32,000 nt of DNA from an archaeon (GCA_024275415.1 JAJRZD010000043.1:30001-62000); one strand, 5' to 3'. Numbered from the stretch's first letter, positions 9,217 through 17,543 are shown. Notes: generated by a model not told the origin, from the sequence alone. Numbers and translations are program-made.

Positions 9217-11097
9217 ATGAGTAGATTCTACGCGCTCACGATAGTGGTACTTCTTTTATTCACAAGCCTTCCCGTTTCAGCTCAGAACGACTATTCATTC
9301 ATCGCCAAAGACATCTACGATGTAGAGGAGGTCATTCCGGATCCTTTCTTGGCTTCAGATGGCAATATGACTTTTGAGAAGCATGATAACATAAATGAGC
9401 TCTCTGTTTCATACGAGCAATCTGAAGACCAGTCAGGTGTCGTGATTCTTAACTGGACTCATATTGCAGGAACTAAGCTAGAATACGACAATGACTCGTA
9501 TAGACCACGTGAGTACGTTTACTTCGCCCAGAACATTTCGTGGGATCATACAGTCATTCCTGCAAGTCTGAACATATCGGTCAATTATCAGATAGAAACA
9601 ACTGGGAATTTTAGCGATCAATCACCAATGAGATATTTCAATCTCGAAGCATGGGCTATCGACTCGTCTGGTGAATGGGATGCGCTTACTAGATTCTATG
9701 GAGTACCGGAACAGTATGAAACCAAAAGCGTTAGAGAAGCAAACAAATACGTCATGGAAAGATTGTTCGGTCCATTCATTCTTGGAGAACCTATTCAACT
9801 TCAATTTGCCATTGCATTGGCTCCATCATCCAGTTTCGTAATAGACCAAAACGCCCCTTGGAAAACATACAATGGTTCTATAATAGTTCGAGTCAAAGAG
9901 GTACATCTCCATGCCACGTTTAATGAGGTGGACAACTGGCCTTCAGTAGAACCACCAATCAACAATAGCACCTATCGAATATCAGAATCCGAGCGACTTG
10001 TAGATTCCTCTATCACACCTGATGGGGGAGTCTATGTTCTTTCATACCTAGAATCTAATAGCGATCCCTCAGGTTTTGTTTTGAGAAGAATCAATCCAAT
10101 GACTCAAACAGAGTGGTTGGTCAAATGGGATGCGTCCAGTCCAATATATTGGCGCTACGTTGGTGGGACTGATTTGTATGTATATCTAGTGGGAACTAAC
10201 AAGACTTCCAAAGCTTCTAGTGTTGTAGTATCAGCATTGAATTATGATGGCTCCTCTGCCTACAACTGGTCATATTCGATCTCGAATGATATTGTTACGA
10301 CCATCGATGTTGGATCAGACGGCTCTGTGTATTTGGGGCTGTACAAGTGGATTAGTGATGGCCGGTCTAGATTAGTCAAAATCGGACCTGATGGAAGTGT
10401 TCAATGGGAACTGAACGGAGATTCAGACGGAGCCACAGTTCTAATCGAGCTTGAAGGTGACTCGCAAGGAAATATCATCGGCTTGTCCGCAGATAGACTT
10501 TCAAAGATTGATGCAGACGGAAACATAAAATGGGAAATATTCAACGAGTTCGGAGGCTATGAGTATAATCTTCATATCATGGATGATGACTCGATCTTGC
10601 TGGTTTCGAACACGTACAGCGAAACGACAATCGTGAAAGTGTATAGCAATGGAACAATAGGCTGGGAGTACACGAACCGGATTACCTATGCAGACTCATG
10701 GAACGAGTATTCCTATGTCCCAGATATCGCACATAGTGGGGATGGTCGTATATTTGTCCTGTGTAATAACTATGGGTATCACAGGGCTGGGATCGTCATC
10801 GTCCTAAGTAGCTCTGGGAACCAACTCTATAACTTCACAGTGGCATTTGAAAAGGTCATATACGCGCCTTTCGAGGTTCCGTCCTACCAGAATATCCATC
10901 TAGATAATAATGGAATTCTCTATCTTGTGGGGAGAACGATTGACCCTGACTCATACTATGAGGTTGTTATTGCCACTTATGGAACCGAACCGACCTTTCT
11001 GGGTGTATCCATGACATATTTGGGTACGGTTGGCATCGCGTTGGTATCTGTCATTGTGGTAATTGCCATCATCCACTTCAGAAGAAAAACTGGCTGA
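9217..11097 (+). CDS. Secreted, C-terminally anchored surface protein with beta-propeller (PQQ/WD-like) repeats
   Basis: Signal peptide (ending LPVSA). Repeats of the type D(S)DGSVY...LVKIGPDGSVQW and IDADGNIKW. About 13 N-x-S/T sequons. C-terminal TM helix plus RRK. AGGAG SD upstream. Confidence 0.8.
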   Translation: MSRFYALTIVVLLLFTSLPVSAQNDYSFIAKDIYDVEEVIPDPFLASDGNMTFEKHDNINELSVSYEQSEDQSGVVILNWTHIAGTKLEYDNDSYRPREYVYFAQNISWDHTVIPASLNISVNYQIETTGNFSDQSPMRYFNLEAWAIDSSGEWDALTRFYGVPEQYETKSVREANKYVMERLFGPFILGEPIQLQFAIALAPSSSFVIDQNAPWKTYNGSIIVRVKEVHLHATFNEVDNWPSVEPPINNSTYRISESERLVDSSITPDGGVYVLSYLESNSDPSGFVLRRINPMTQTEWLVKWDASSPIYWRYVGGTDLYVYLVGTNKTSKASSVVVSALNYDGSSAYNWSYSISNDIVTTIDVGSDGSVYLGLYKWISDGRSRLVKIGPDGSVQWELNGDSDGATVLIELEGDSQGNIIGLSADRLSKIDADGNIKWEIFNEFGGYEYNLHIMDDDSILLVSNTYSETTIVKVYSNGTIGWEYTNRITYADSWNEYSYVPDIAHSGDGRIFVLCNNYGYHRAGIVIVLSSSGNQLYNFTVAFEKVIYAPFEVPSYQNIHLDNNGILYLVGRTIDPDSYYEVVIATYGTEPTFLGVSMTYLGTVGIALVSVIVVIAIIHFRRKTG

Positions 11098-11177
11098 GGA
11101 GTCGGGTCACCTTTATTTAGTTTCAAGCCAAAGCTATCTAAAAGATCTGTTCGGGCCCAGGAGCGTAAATTAAGAAC

Positions 11178-11945
11178 ATGCAAGAATATGCACTGTTGGC
11201 GGAAATCATGTGGAATATATCAGTGGGTGTGCTGATCGCTGGTCTATTCTATACTTTTGGTATGTTCACGCTGGGAAAGCTGTTCGCTGTAATCTCTGAT
11301 CACGGAGGCGATCATGATTACGAATCAGATGTGGAACATGACATTGACCATGACATGGAACATGATATTGACCATGACATGGAACATGACATTAGCCATG
11401 ACATAGACCACGACATCGACCATGAAAAGGACTACGACCACAGTTTCGACACTAGCGTGGGAATCGATGTCGATTCTCACTCGGGGTTTTTCGAGTTCTC
11501 CAGAGATGCCCCACTCGGAGTCACTATCGGCACTTCATTAGTGAGCTTCGGGTTCATCGGTACAATGATGTATTATGATGGGATTGCTATACCAGTCCTC
11601 GCAAAGATGGGGTTCCATTTTCTTTCTGTGTTCGTTATTGTCTACTCTATGCGTTGGGCACTCGGGCGGATCTTCATCGAATCAGGCTTTCACATGACCC
11701 CAAAGCATCTGGTTGGCAAAGAGGTCGAGGCCGTGTCTACTATTGATGATAGGTTTGGAGAGATCAGAACAGAAACAGAAATGGGGCTACGTAGATTCAA
11801 CGCCAAACCCTTTGAGAAGGGCAATACCTACAAAAAAGGCACCGTTGTATGGGTGATATCCGCCGATGATCGATTCGCCTATGTGGATCACAGAAAAGAC
11901 GTAAGAACGTGGACACAGGAACAAAGTCGTGCGGAAACAGATTGA
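11178..11945 (+). CDS. NfeD/YuaF/YqiJ-like membrane protein with His/Asp-rich repeat and C-terminal OB fold
   Basis: TM1, HD repeat, APLG...SFGFIG TM pair, then LVGKEVEAVSTIDDRFGEIR...YKKGTVVWVIS (OB-like). Lies upstream of a flotillin. Confidence 0.75.
   Translation: MQEYALLAEIMWNISVGVLIAGLFYTFGMFTLGKLFAVISDHGGDHDYESDVEHDIDHDMEHDIDHDMEHDISHDIDHDIDHEKDYDHSFDTSVGIDVDSHSGFFEFSRDAPLGVTIGTSLVSFGFIGTMMYYDGIAIPVLAKMGFHFLSVFVIVYSMRWALGRIFIESGFHMTPKHLVGKEVEAVSTIDDRFGEIRTETEMGLRRFNAKPFEKGNTYKKGTVVWVISADDRFAYVDHRKDVRTWTQEQSRAETD
11333..11428 (+). repeat. In-frame 24-bp tandem repeat (12-bp sub-period) encoding EHDIDHDM
   Basis: GGAACATGACATTGACCATGACAT at 11333, with near-identical copies at 11357 and 11381 and a degenerate fourth unit. 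Confidence 0.9.
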
Positions 11946-12322
11946 ACCCACGACCGCGTTCTGCTTTTTAAACTAACGATTTTCGCAGCGTGAAAAGTGA
12001 CTATTATTAATCAACAGACGCAGTTCTGTCATGTTCTCATTGAGTTATCTTTCTCCTCACGGGAAATAGGGGGGATGCTGTACGTCCAGTCATTCCCCTG
12101 AAGTACCGATTTTACCATGTTTTTTGCTGAAAGACTTTATATTCCTTCACAAGAAGTATCACTTGAGTGCACTGGATCCAGATTGGTTATCTGGATGCGC
12201 ACCTGTGGGATGATACAAAATGTGTCAATCTCCTTAACCAAGGGTGGATACATCGAGGGTTCTCATTCAGATAGCCAAAGAGAAACAAGTGCATTAAGAA
12301 AGAAGTGTGAGTAGAACAATAA

Positions 12323-13639
12323 ATGCAAGCGGGTACATGGGAATCGTTGGGCCTAACCATTGGTGTATTTGGCATCCTTCTTATTCTGCTGTTCGCCCTC
12401 TATGTGAAAAAGTATGTTCGTATATTTGACCCGAACATCTTCTTCGTTCATCTTCGAAGAGGAAAGGCAATCAGACAGGGCGAGGGTGGCATGGTCATTC
12501 GGATCCCGTTCCTGGATAGGATTCTTGCTGTTGATAGGACTGTCCAACAACTCGATATCTCAGCCGAGTCTGTCCTTTCAAAGGAGAAACAGAAAATCAA
12601 GCTGAGTGCTGTCCTTCAATGGCAGGCTGAGAACGCTATTGCCACGATTAATAATGTGAAATGGAGCGAAATACCTCCTCGGCTCACAGCTATTATTGAA
12701 TCAGTCATACGCACAGCATGTGCACAACTGTCTGTCGAAGAAATCCTTGAAGAACGCCAGTTGATCATCGAAGCCATCAAGAAGGAACTCATCGACATCG
12801 TTAGTGAGTGGGGCCTCAAAGTTGTCACTGTAGAGCTGGTTGACGTTTCAGTGGTAAACGAATCATTTCTCAGGGACATGGCAAAGCCCAGAGAGGCTGA
12901 AATGCACAGACTCGCGCAGATTGCACTCATTGATGCTGATCAGGAAACCGGAACACGTGACATCGAGCGTACAAAAGTACTCAGACAGAAGGAAATTGAA
13001 CGTGACAAGATGATAGGTGTCAAGGAACAGGAACAACTTCGTGAGATACAAGAAGCTGAAAAACGCAGAGAGCAAAGTGTTCTTGAAATCGAGCTTCAGA
13101 AAGAATTGATGTCCAAGAAATACGAGAAACAACAGGCTGAGGTGGAGGCCGCAAAAGATCTTGAGGTAGCCAAGTTTGCCGCCGAGGCTGAGAAGCAACG
13201 AAAGATAAAACAAGAAGTTGAGGTTCAGGCTCAGAAAATCCTTCAGGAAGCCGAAGCTGAGGCTACTAAGATTAGCGCAATCGCTGCTGCTGAAGCAGAC
13301 CAAATCAAGAAGATCACGTCAGCTCAGGCAGAAGGTATCAAGAAGACCCTTGAAGCCGCAAGGGACTATTCGCCTCAGGCCTTTGCAAGGGACTTCCTGC
13401 AAATGCTACCAGAAATCTATCGCAACATCGACATCGGTGACATCACACTCTTCGGTGGAGGAGGCGGTGGGGCAGATGGCGAAGGTGGCGATGGTGGTGC
13501 AGGTGCATTCCAAGTATTCGGCAATGTCATGCTTCCTATGATGATCATGGCGAAAATGATGGGATTTGATTTCCAGAAGCTGATGAAGGACTCCCTTGGT
13601 GAGTTTGCCGTCAAGGACGAAGAGAAGAAGAGCAAATAG
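12323..13639 (+). CDS. SPFH/Band-7 flotillin-like protein
   Basis: N-terminal TM helix; SPFH domain (VIRIPFLDR...VLSKEKQKI...IRTACAQLSVEEILEER...WGLKV); long AEA/EAE coiled coil; Gly-rich tail. Confidence 0.92.
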   Translation: MQAGTWESLGLTIGVFGILLILLFALYVKKYVRIFDPNIFFVHLRRGKAIRQGEGGMVIRIPFLDRILAVDRTVQQLDISAESVLSKEKQKIKLSAVLQWQAENAIATINNVKWSEIPPRLTAIIESVIRTACAQLSVEEILEERQLIIEAIKKELIDIVSEWGLKVVTVELVDVSVVNESFLRDMAKPREAEMHRLAQIALIDADQETGTRDIERTKVLRQKEIERDKMIGVKEQEQLREIQEAEKRREQSVLEIELQKELMSKKYEKQQAEVEAAKDLEVAKFAAEAEKQRKIKQEVEVQAQKILQEAEAEATKISAIAAAEADQIKKITSAQAEGIKKTLEAARDYSPQAFARDFLQMLPEIYRNIDIGDITLFGGGGGGADGEGGDGGAGAFQVFGNVMLPMMIMAKMMGFDFQKLMKDSLGEFAVKDEEKKSK

Positions 13640-13645
13640 AACGGA

Positions 13646-13686
13646 ACCCACCCCTGGTACGAATCCAAGGGTGTGGTCTGTTTTTC
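13646..13686. terminator. Hairpin with T tract between the convergent flotillin and tusA genes
   Basis: Imperfect stem ACCCACCCCTGG / CCAAGGGTGTGGT with a 7-nt loop, followed by CTGTTTTTC. Confidence 0.55.
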
Positions 13687-13935
13687 TTATTTTAAGCGTT
13701 TGATGTACCAGACGAGCTTCCCGTCCTCTTCGACAAGTTCGACAATCTCGTTCCCAGTACGTTCGGCCCAAGCTGGAAAGTCCTTCTTAGTACCAATATC
13801 GGTAGCAACGACCTTCAGAATCTGGCCAATTTCAATAGACTTGACCTGCTTCTTGGTTTGGAGTATTGGCATGGGGCATCGCAGCCCGCTAGCATCGAAT
13901 TCCTTGGCTACTTCGTGTTCGGTCATAGGTATCAA
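13687..13935 (-). CDS. tusA: TusA/SirA-family sulfur carrier protein
   Basis: FDASGLRCPMPIL with the catalytic Cys; GQILKVVATD...DFPAWAERTGNE. The start may be ATG 13926. Confidence 0.93.
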   Translation of the reverse strand: MIPMTEHEVAKEFDASGLRCPMPILQTKKQVKSIEIGQILKVVATDIGTKKDFPAWAERTGNEIVELVEEDGKLVWYIKRLK

Positions 13936-14127
13936 CCGGTTTTCCCCGCTTCAGAGGTCATTTATTATTTGCTATTGCGTCTTCACATGCTCAAGAGAGA
14001 ATTTCCGATTGTGAGGGCAAATATACCAGTTTAGTTTCTTGATGTAACTTTACTTACACATATCTTTCGTTTTATCACCATCATTAAATACCCCATTGGA
14101 AAGCAAAAAAGAGTAGGTGAACAGTTT

Positions 14128-14511
14128 ATGGCGTTCTACCAGTTACTCTTGTTTGTTCTCTTTGCACTGAACATGAGTGCCATGTTTAGTGGGTTCATGC
14201 TGGCAAGGAGAATGGGAATGTACCTCATGACACAGGTCATGATGCTCATGTTTGGGATGATAGTAGGTCTCATCGCACTAATCCTGCCATTCGTCGGGTT
14301 TGGCGATGTCGTGTACTGGCTACTGGTCGTTGATCTAGTGTTGGTACTTATCGCATTCCTTCTAGAATTCGGGACAGTCCTGCCCATTCTGATGAAGACC
14401 ATGCAAGGCGGACCAATCCACAGCTCGCACATCACGAATCTGATTTTGAGCCTGTTCTACCTGTTGGGTCTCGTCCTGTTCTGGACTGACATAATCGCCA
14501 TAGGTGCATAG
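14128..14511 (+). CDS. Small Met-rich 4-TM membrane protein of unknown function
   Basis: 127 aa, four hydrophobic helices, 11 Met in the first 44 residues, HSSH near the last TM. GGTGA SD upstream; stop lies just before the DsrE gene. Confidence 0.75.
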   Translation: MAFYQLLLFVLFALNMSAMFSGFMLARRMGMYLMTQVMMLMFGMIVGLIALILPFVGFGDVVYWLLVVDLVLVLIAFLLEFGTVLPILMKTMQGGPIHSSHITNLILSLFYLLGLVLFWTDIIAIGA

Positions 14512-14516
14512 AGGAG

Positions 14517-14891
14517 TTGAATAAGAAAATGCCAAGTCTATACATAATCGGTCAATGGGGTCCTGAAGCTGCCGAACGTTGCTATGGTCCTTTTGTGACA
14601 GGTACTACTGCACAAGCTCAGGATATCGAAACGAACATCTTCCTGATGATGGATGCTGTCTATCTGATCAAGAAAGGAATTCCTGAGAAGATCAAGGCTC
14701 CCGGATTCCCACCACTACAAGATCTAATCACGTCATTTCTCGATGAGGGTGGCAAGATTCAGGTCTGCTCCAATTCCTACGAGTTTCGTGGGATGAAAGA
14801 GGAAGACTTCATGGACTCCCGAATTGAGGTCGCTGGTGCTGCGACTATGATTGATGAAGTACTAAAACATGACAAAGTAATGTTCTTCTAA
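14517..14891 (+). CDS. DsrE/DsrF-like sulfurtransferase family protein
   Basis: GPEAAERCYGPF...NIFLMMDAVYLIKKG...GGKIQVCSNS...VAGAATMI. GAGGAG SD upstream. Start is TTG 14517 or ATG 14529. Confidence 0.88.
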   Translation: MNKKMPSLYIIGQWGPEAAERCYGPFVTGTTAQAQDIETNIFLMMDAVYLIKKGIPEKIKAPGFPPLQDLITSFLDEGGKIQVCSNSYEFRGMKEEDFMDSRIEVAGAATMIDEVLKHDKVMFF

Positions 14892-14894
14892 AGC

Positions 14895-14928
14895 GGATGG
14901 GATATACAACCCATCCTCCTCTTTTTTT
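14895..14928 (+). terminator. Stem-loop with oligo-T after the DsrE gene
   Basis: GGATGGG-ATATACAA-CCCATCC followed by TCCTCTTTTTTT. Confidence 0.7.
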
Positions 14929-14940
14929 GTAACCACAACA

Positions 14941-15885
14941 TCATTTCAATAGTGGTAAGACTCGATTGCCAATCATTTCAATTTGTTCTATTTCATGGCC
15001 ATAAGGAAGCATCAAGATGACATGATGAATCCCGATATCTGAATACCTCTGTAGCTTCACAGTCAGCGCTTCGGGTGTGCCCCAAAGTGATGATTCAACA
15101 CGACGACGGTAATCGTCTAGAGTGACACCCCGCTTCTGAGCATTCTCGACAAGTACATGTTCCATATCATCAGGGCTCTCAAAGCATCGGGTCCACAACC
15201 CGACGGATCTCTGGATTGAACTCCTCTTACGACCATTCTGTTCGCACAGGTCACCAAGGGTCTTGAATATGTCCTCACACATCTCAGGTGTGAACGACCA
15301 AGCGATGTTTATACCATCTGCATATTTTGCTGCGAGCTCGAGCATCCTTTGCCTCGCCTTCATTGTCCCAATCCAAATTCTCGGATTTTTTTGGTAGGGC
15401 TTAGGAAAGGAGATGAGGTTTCTGACAGAGTAATGAGAACCAGTAAATGTGAATCGCTCATTGGTCCAGATCCCGCGTATTATCTGGACAGCTTCTTCAA
15501 GCTGGTCGATGCGAGTGTGGTCAGGAGGGAAATCGTATCCATATGCCTCATATTCGATCTTCTTCCATCCTGCACCATATCCGAACTCGAAGCGACCTTC
15601 GGATATGACATCTAACGAAGCAGCCATCTTTGCCGTAAGAGCAGGATTCCGGTAGCTGTTGCAAAAGACCATGCTTCCGACCCTAATCTCACGATTGTTT
15701 CGTACAAGTGCAGCCATTAGAACCCATGGGTCAATCAACACCTTATCGGTCGCTTCCCGATCCAGCATGAAGTGATCCGAGAACCAAAGAGTTGAGAAAC
15801 CATTCTTCACGGCTGCATGAGCAATCTCTAAGACACTGTCATATGAAAAACCGAACTGCGGCTCGATTTGAATACCGAACTCCAT
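14941..15885 (-). CDS. LLM-class (luciferase-like) oxidoreductase, probably F420-dependent
   Basis: GFSTLWFSDHF, DPWVLMAAL, RNPALTAKMAASLDVISEGRFEFGYGAGW, PKPYQ and YADG motifs. Confidence 0.9.
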   Translation of the reverse strand: MEFGIQIEPQFGFSYDSVLEIAHAAVKNGFSTLWFSDHFMLDREATDKVLIDPWVLMAALVRNNREIRVGSMVFCNSYRNPALTAKMAASLDVISEGRFEFGYGAGWKKIEYEAYGYDFPPDHTRIDQLEEAVQIIRGIWTNERFTFTGSHYSVRNLISFPKPYQKNPRIWIGTMKARQRMLELAAKYADGINIAWSFTPEMCEDIFKTLGDLCEQNGRKRSSIQRSVGLWTRCFESPDDMEHVLVENAQKRGVTLDDYRRRVESSLWGTPEALTVKLQRYSDIGIHHVILMLPYGHEIEQIEMIGNRVLPLLK

Positions 15886-15937
15886 TGTTCATCAGAAACA
15901 GTCTGTTTCTATTATTCAATAATCCTTTGGTCTCTCG

Positions 15938-17380
15938 CTAGTACGGATAGCAAGGTGTCATTAGCAGGTTCATTAGAGCGACCCTGACATCCTCGACATC
16001 TGCAAATCCGACAATGTCCGTCTTACATATCCTAGTGTATGGGACCATGGGAAGATCTTTTTCTTTGACTCCTGAAGCGGGGTCGTCAACATTGATTTGC
16101 GTGAGCAATGAAGCAGGGATTCCAAGTTCTTCCATGACACCTGTGAGAACCTCATATGTTGGTTCACAGAAGAGACAGTGATTGGACTTGTAAAAAGTAA
16201 TGCAGGAGGTCTTACCACACTCAAGGGTCTTTTGCATGTTCCATGACGGCACCATCATGACAAACCTTGCACCTTTAGTGAAATCCCCTTCGACCTTGTC
16301 CTCGACCCAGACCTCGCCGCCTATCTTTTCGAGGATTCGGTCAGTAAGGGTCAGCCCTAGACCTCGACCTACAATTTGAAAATCAGGACTACCAGAACGC
16401 TTGAAAATAAATGGTTTTAGAGAGTCAGGCACGCCAGGGCCATTGTCTTCAAACTCAATCCGAATCTTGCCCCGTGCAGGGATGTGTTTTGCTGTTATCT
16501 TGACATGAACTTCTTCTGATTGGTCGAATTGCATAGAGTTGTGTAAGATGTTGTAGAATGCCTTGTGTAGAAGATCATATCCTTCTAGGATGAATTGCCT
16601 TTCTTCGATATTTGATGTAACAACCAAAGATTTTGAGTCGAATTCATTGCGTACATCACGAATAACGCTATTCAAACATTCATTCAGATCAAGTGATTCA
16701 GTTTCCACCTTTGCTTCACTCAAGGCAAAGATATCTCGAAGGTTGGAAATCATTCTCGACGCTCGCCGGACCTCTTCTAGCGATGCGTTTAGGAGATTTG
16801 AGCCAGTCCTATTCAGCCTTTGAGACTCCCCCAATAGACCCAGTGAGAATATCAGACTTTGATTGACATTATTGAGGTCGTGTGTCATGACCTCTAGTAC
16901 AAGCGATGCACGTTCTCTCTCACTTCGTGCACGGGACTCAGCAAACTTTCTCCTGTCGATATCGGTTGCCATCAATCCAATCATTGGAGGCCCGCCGTTC
17001 TGCGAGATGATGCTTGCAGTGATGCTCACCCACACTTTGCTACCATCTGACCGAACCATCTGAACTTCGAGATCCTTGATTTCTTTTCCCTGCATGACTT
17101 CCGATACTAGGAGACGCCCTACATCGTCCGAATCGCTGTCTGTGGCAAATACAGATGAAACATGATGTTTTAGAAGAGCATCTTTCGGATATCCCAGTAA
17201 ATCCACAGCTTCGCTGTTAAGATTCGTAATGATGCCATGCTGACTAAGAGAGAAATATGCAAGTGGAAGGGCGTTGACAGAAATGAAGTTCCCACTAGCT
17301 GTTGCATCCCGTTCAGATTTGTTTTTCACGGTCACTTTCGTCCCCCTTGCAGAATGATTATTGCCAGTTCGGTTTCGCAA
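15938..17380 (-). CDS. Cytoplasmic PAS sensor histidine kinase with C-terminal thioredoxin-like (CLFC) domain
   Basis: PAS domain (NSEAVDLLGY...RSDGSKVWV); H-box VMTHDLNN; N-box NILHNS; G1 EDNGPG; G2 GRGLGL; then FYKSNHCLFCEP...INVDD...MVPY. The start codon is uncertain. Confidence 0.88.
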   Translation of the reverse strand: MRNRTGNNHSARGTKVTVKNKSERDATASGNFISVNALPLAYFSLSQHGIITNLNSEAVDLLGYPKDALLKHHVSSVFATDSDSDDVGRLLVSEVMQGKEIKDLEVQMVRSDGSKVWVSITASIISQNGGPPMIGLMATDIDRRKFAESRARSERERASLVLEVMTHDLNNVNQSLIFSLGLLGESQRLNRTGSNLLNASLEEVRRASRMISNLRDIFALSEAKVETESLDLNECLNSVIRDVRNEFDSKSLVVTSNIEERQFILEGYDLLHKAFYNILHNSMQFDQSEEVHVKITAKHIPARGKIRIEFEDNGPGVPDSLKPFIFKRSGSPDFQIVGRGLGLTLTDRILEKIGGEVWVEDKVEGDFTKGARFVMMVPSWNMQKTLECGKTSCITFYKSNHCLFCEPTYEVLTGVMEELGIPASLLTQINVDDPASGVKEKDLPMVPYTRICKTDIVGFADVEDVRVALMNLLMTPCYPY

Positions 17381-17527
17381 TAGGTTACGAAGTCACTTTA
17401 GAATTGTGAAGTCGCAGTTGGTCCGTACAATCTCAAGAAGTATCTATAGATAATAGTATCTATGAGGGACGTTTGTTAGTAATTGATTGTTCCTTTCCAC
17501 AACAGTTAAAAAGTGAGTTTTGAACAT

Positions 17528-17543
17528 TTGAACAAGTGTTCAA
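17528..17543. promoter_or_regulatory. SmtB/CzrA-type operator TTGAACA-AG-TGTTCAA
   Basis: Perfect 7-2-7 inverted repeat matching the TGAACA-NN-T(A/G)TTCA core of SmtB/CzrA operators. It lies between a TATA-like TTAAAA (17507-17512) and the ArsR ATG. Confidence 0.75.

Noticed and set aside
11333-11428. Tandem repeats as a possible CRISPR array
   Set aside because: The units are contiguous without spacers, in frame within a CDS, and no cas genes are present.
13655-13665. GGTACGAATCC resembling a tRNA T-loop (GGTTCGAATCC)
   Set aside because: There is no acceptor stem, D-arm or anticodon arm on either strand. The sequence is the loop of the intergenic terminator hairpin.
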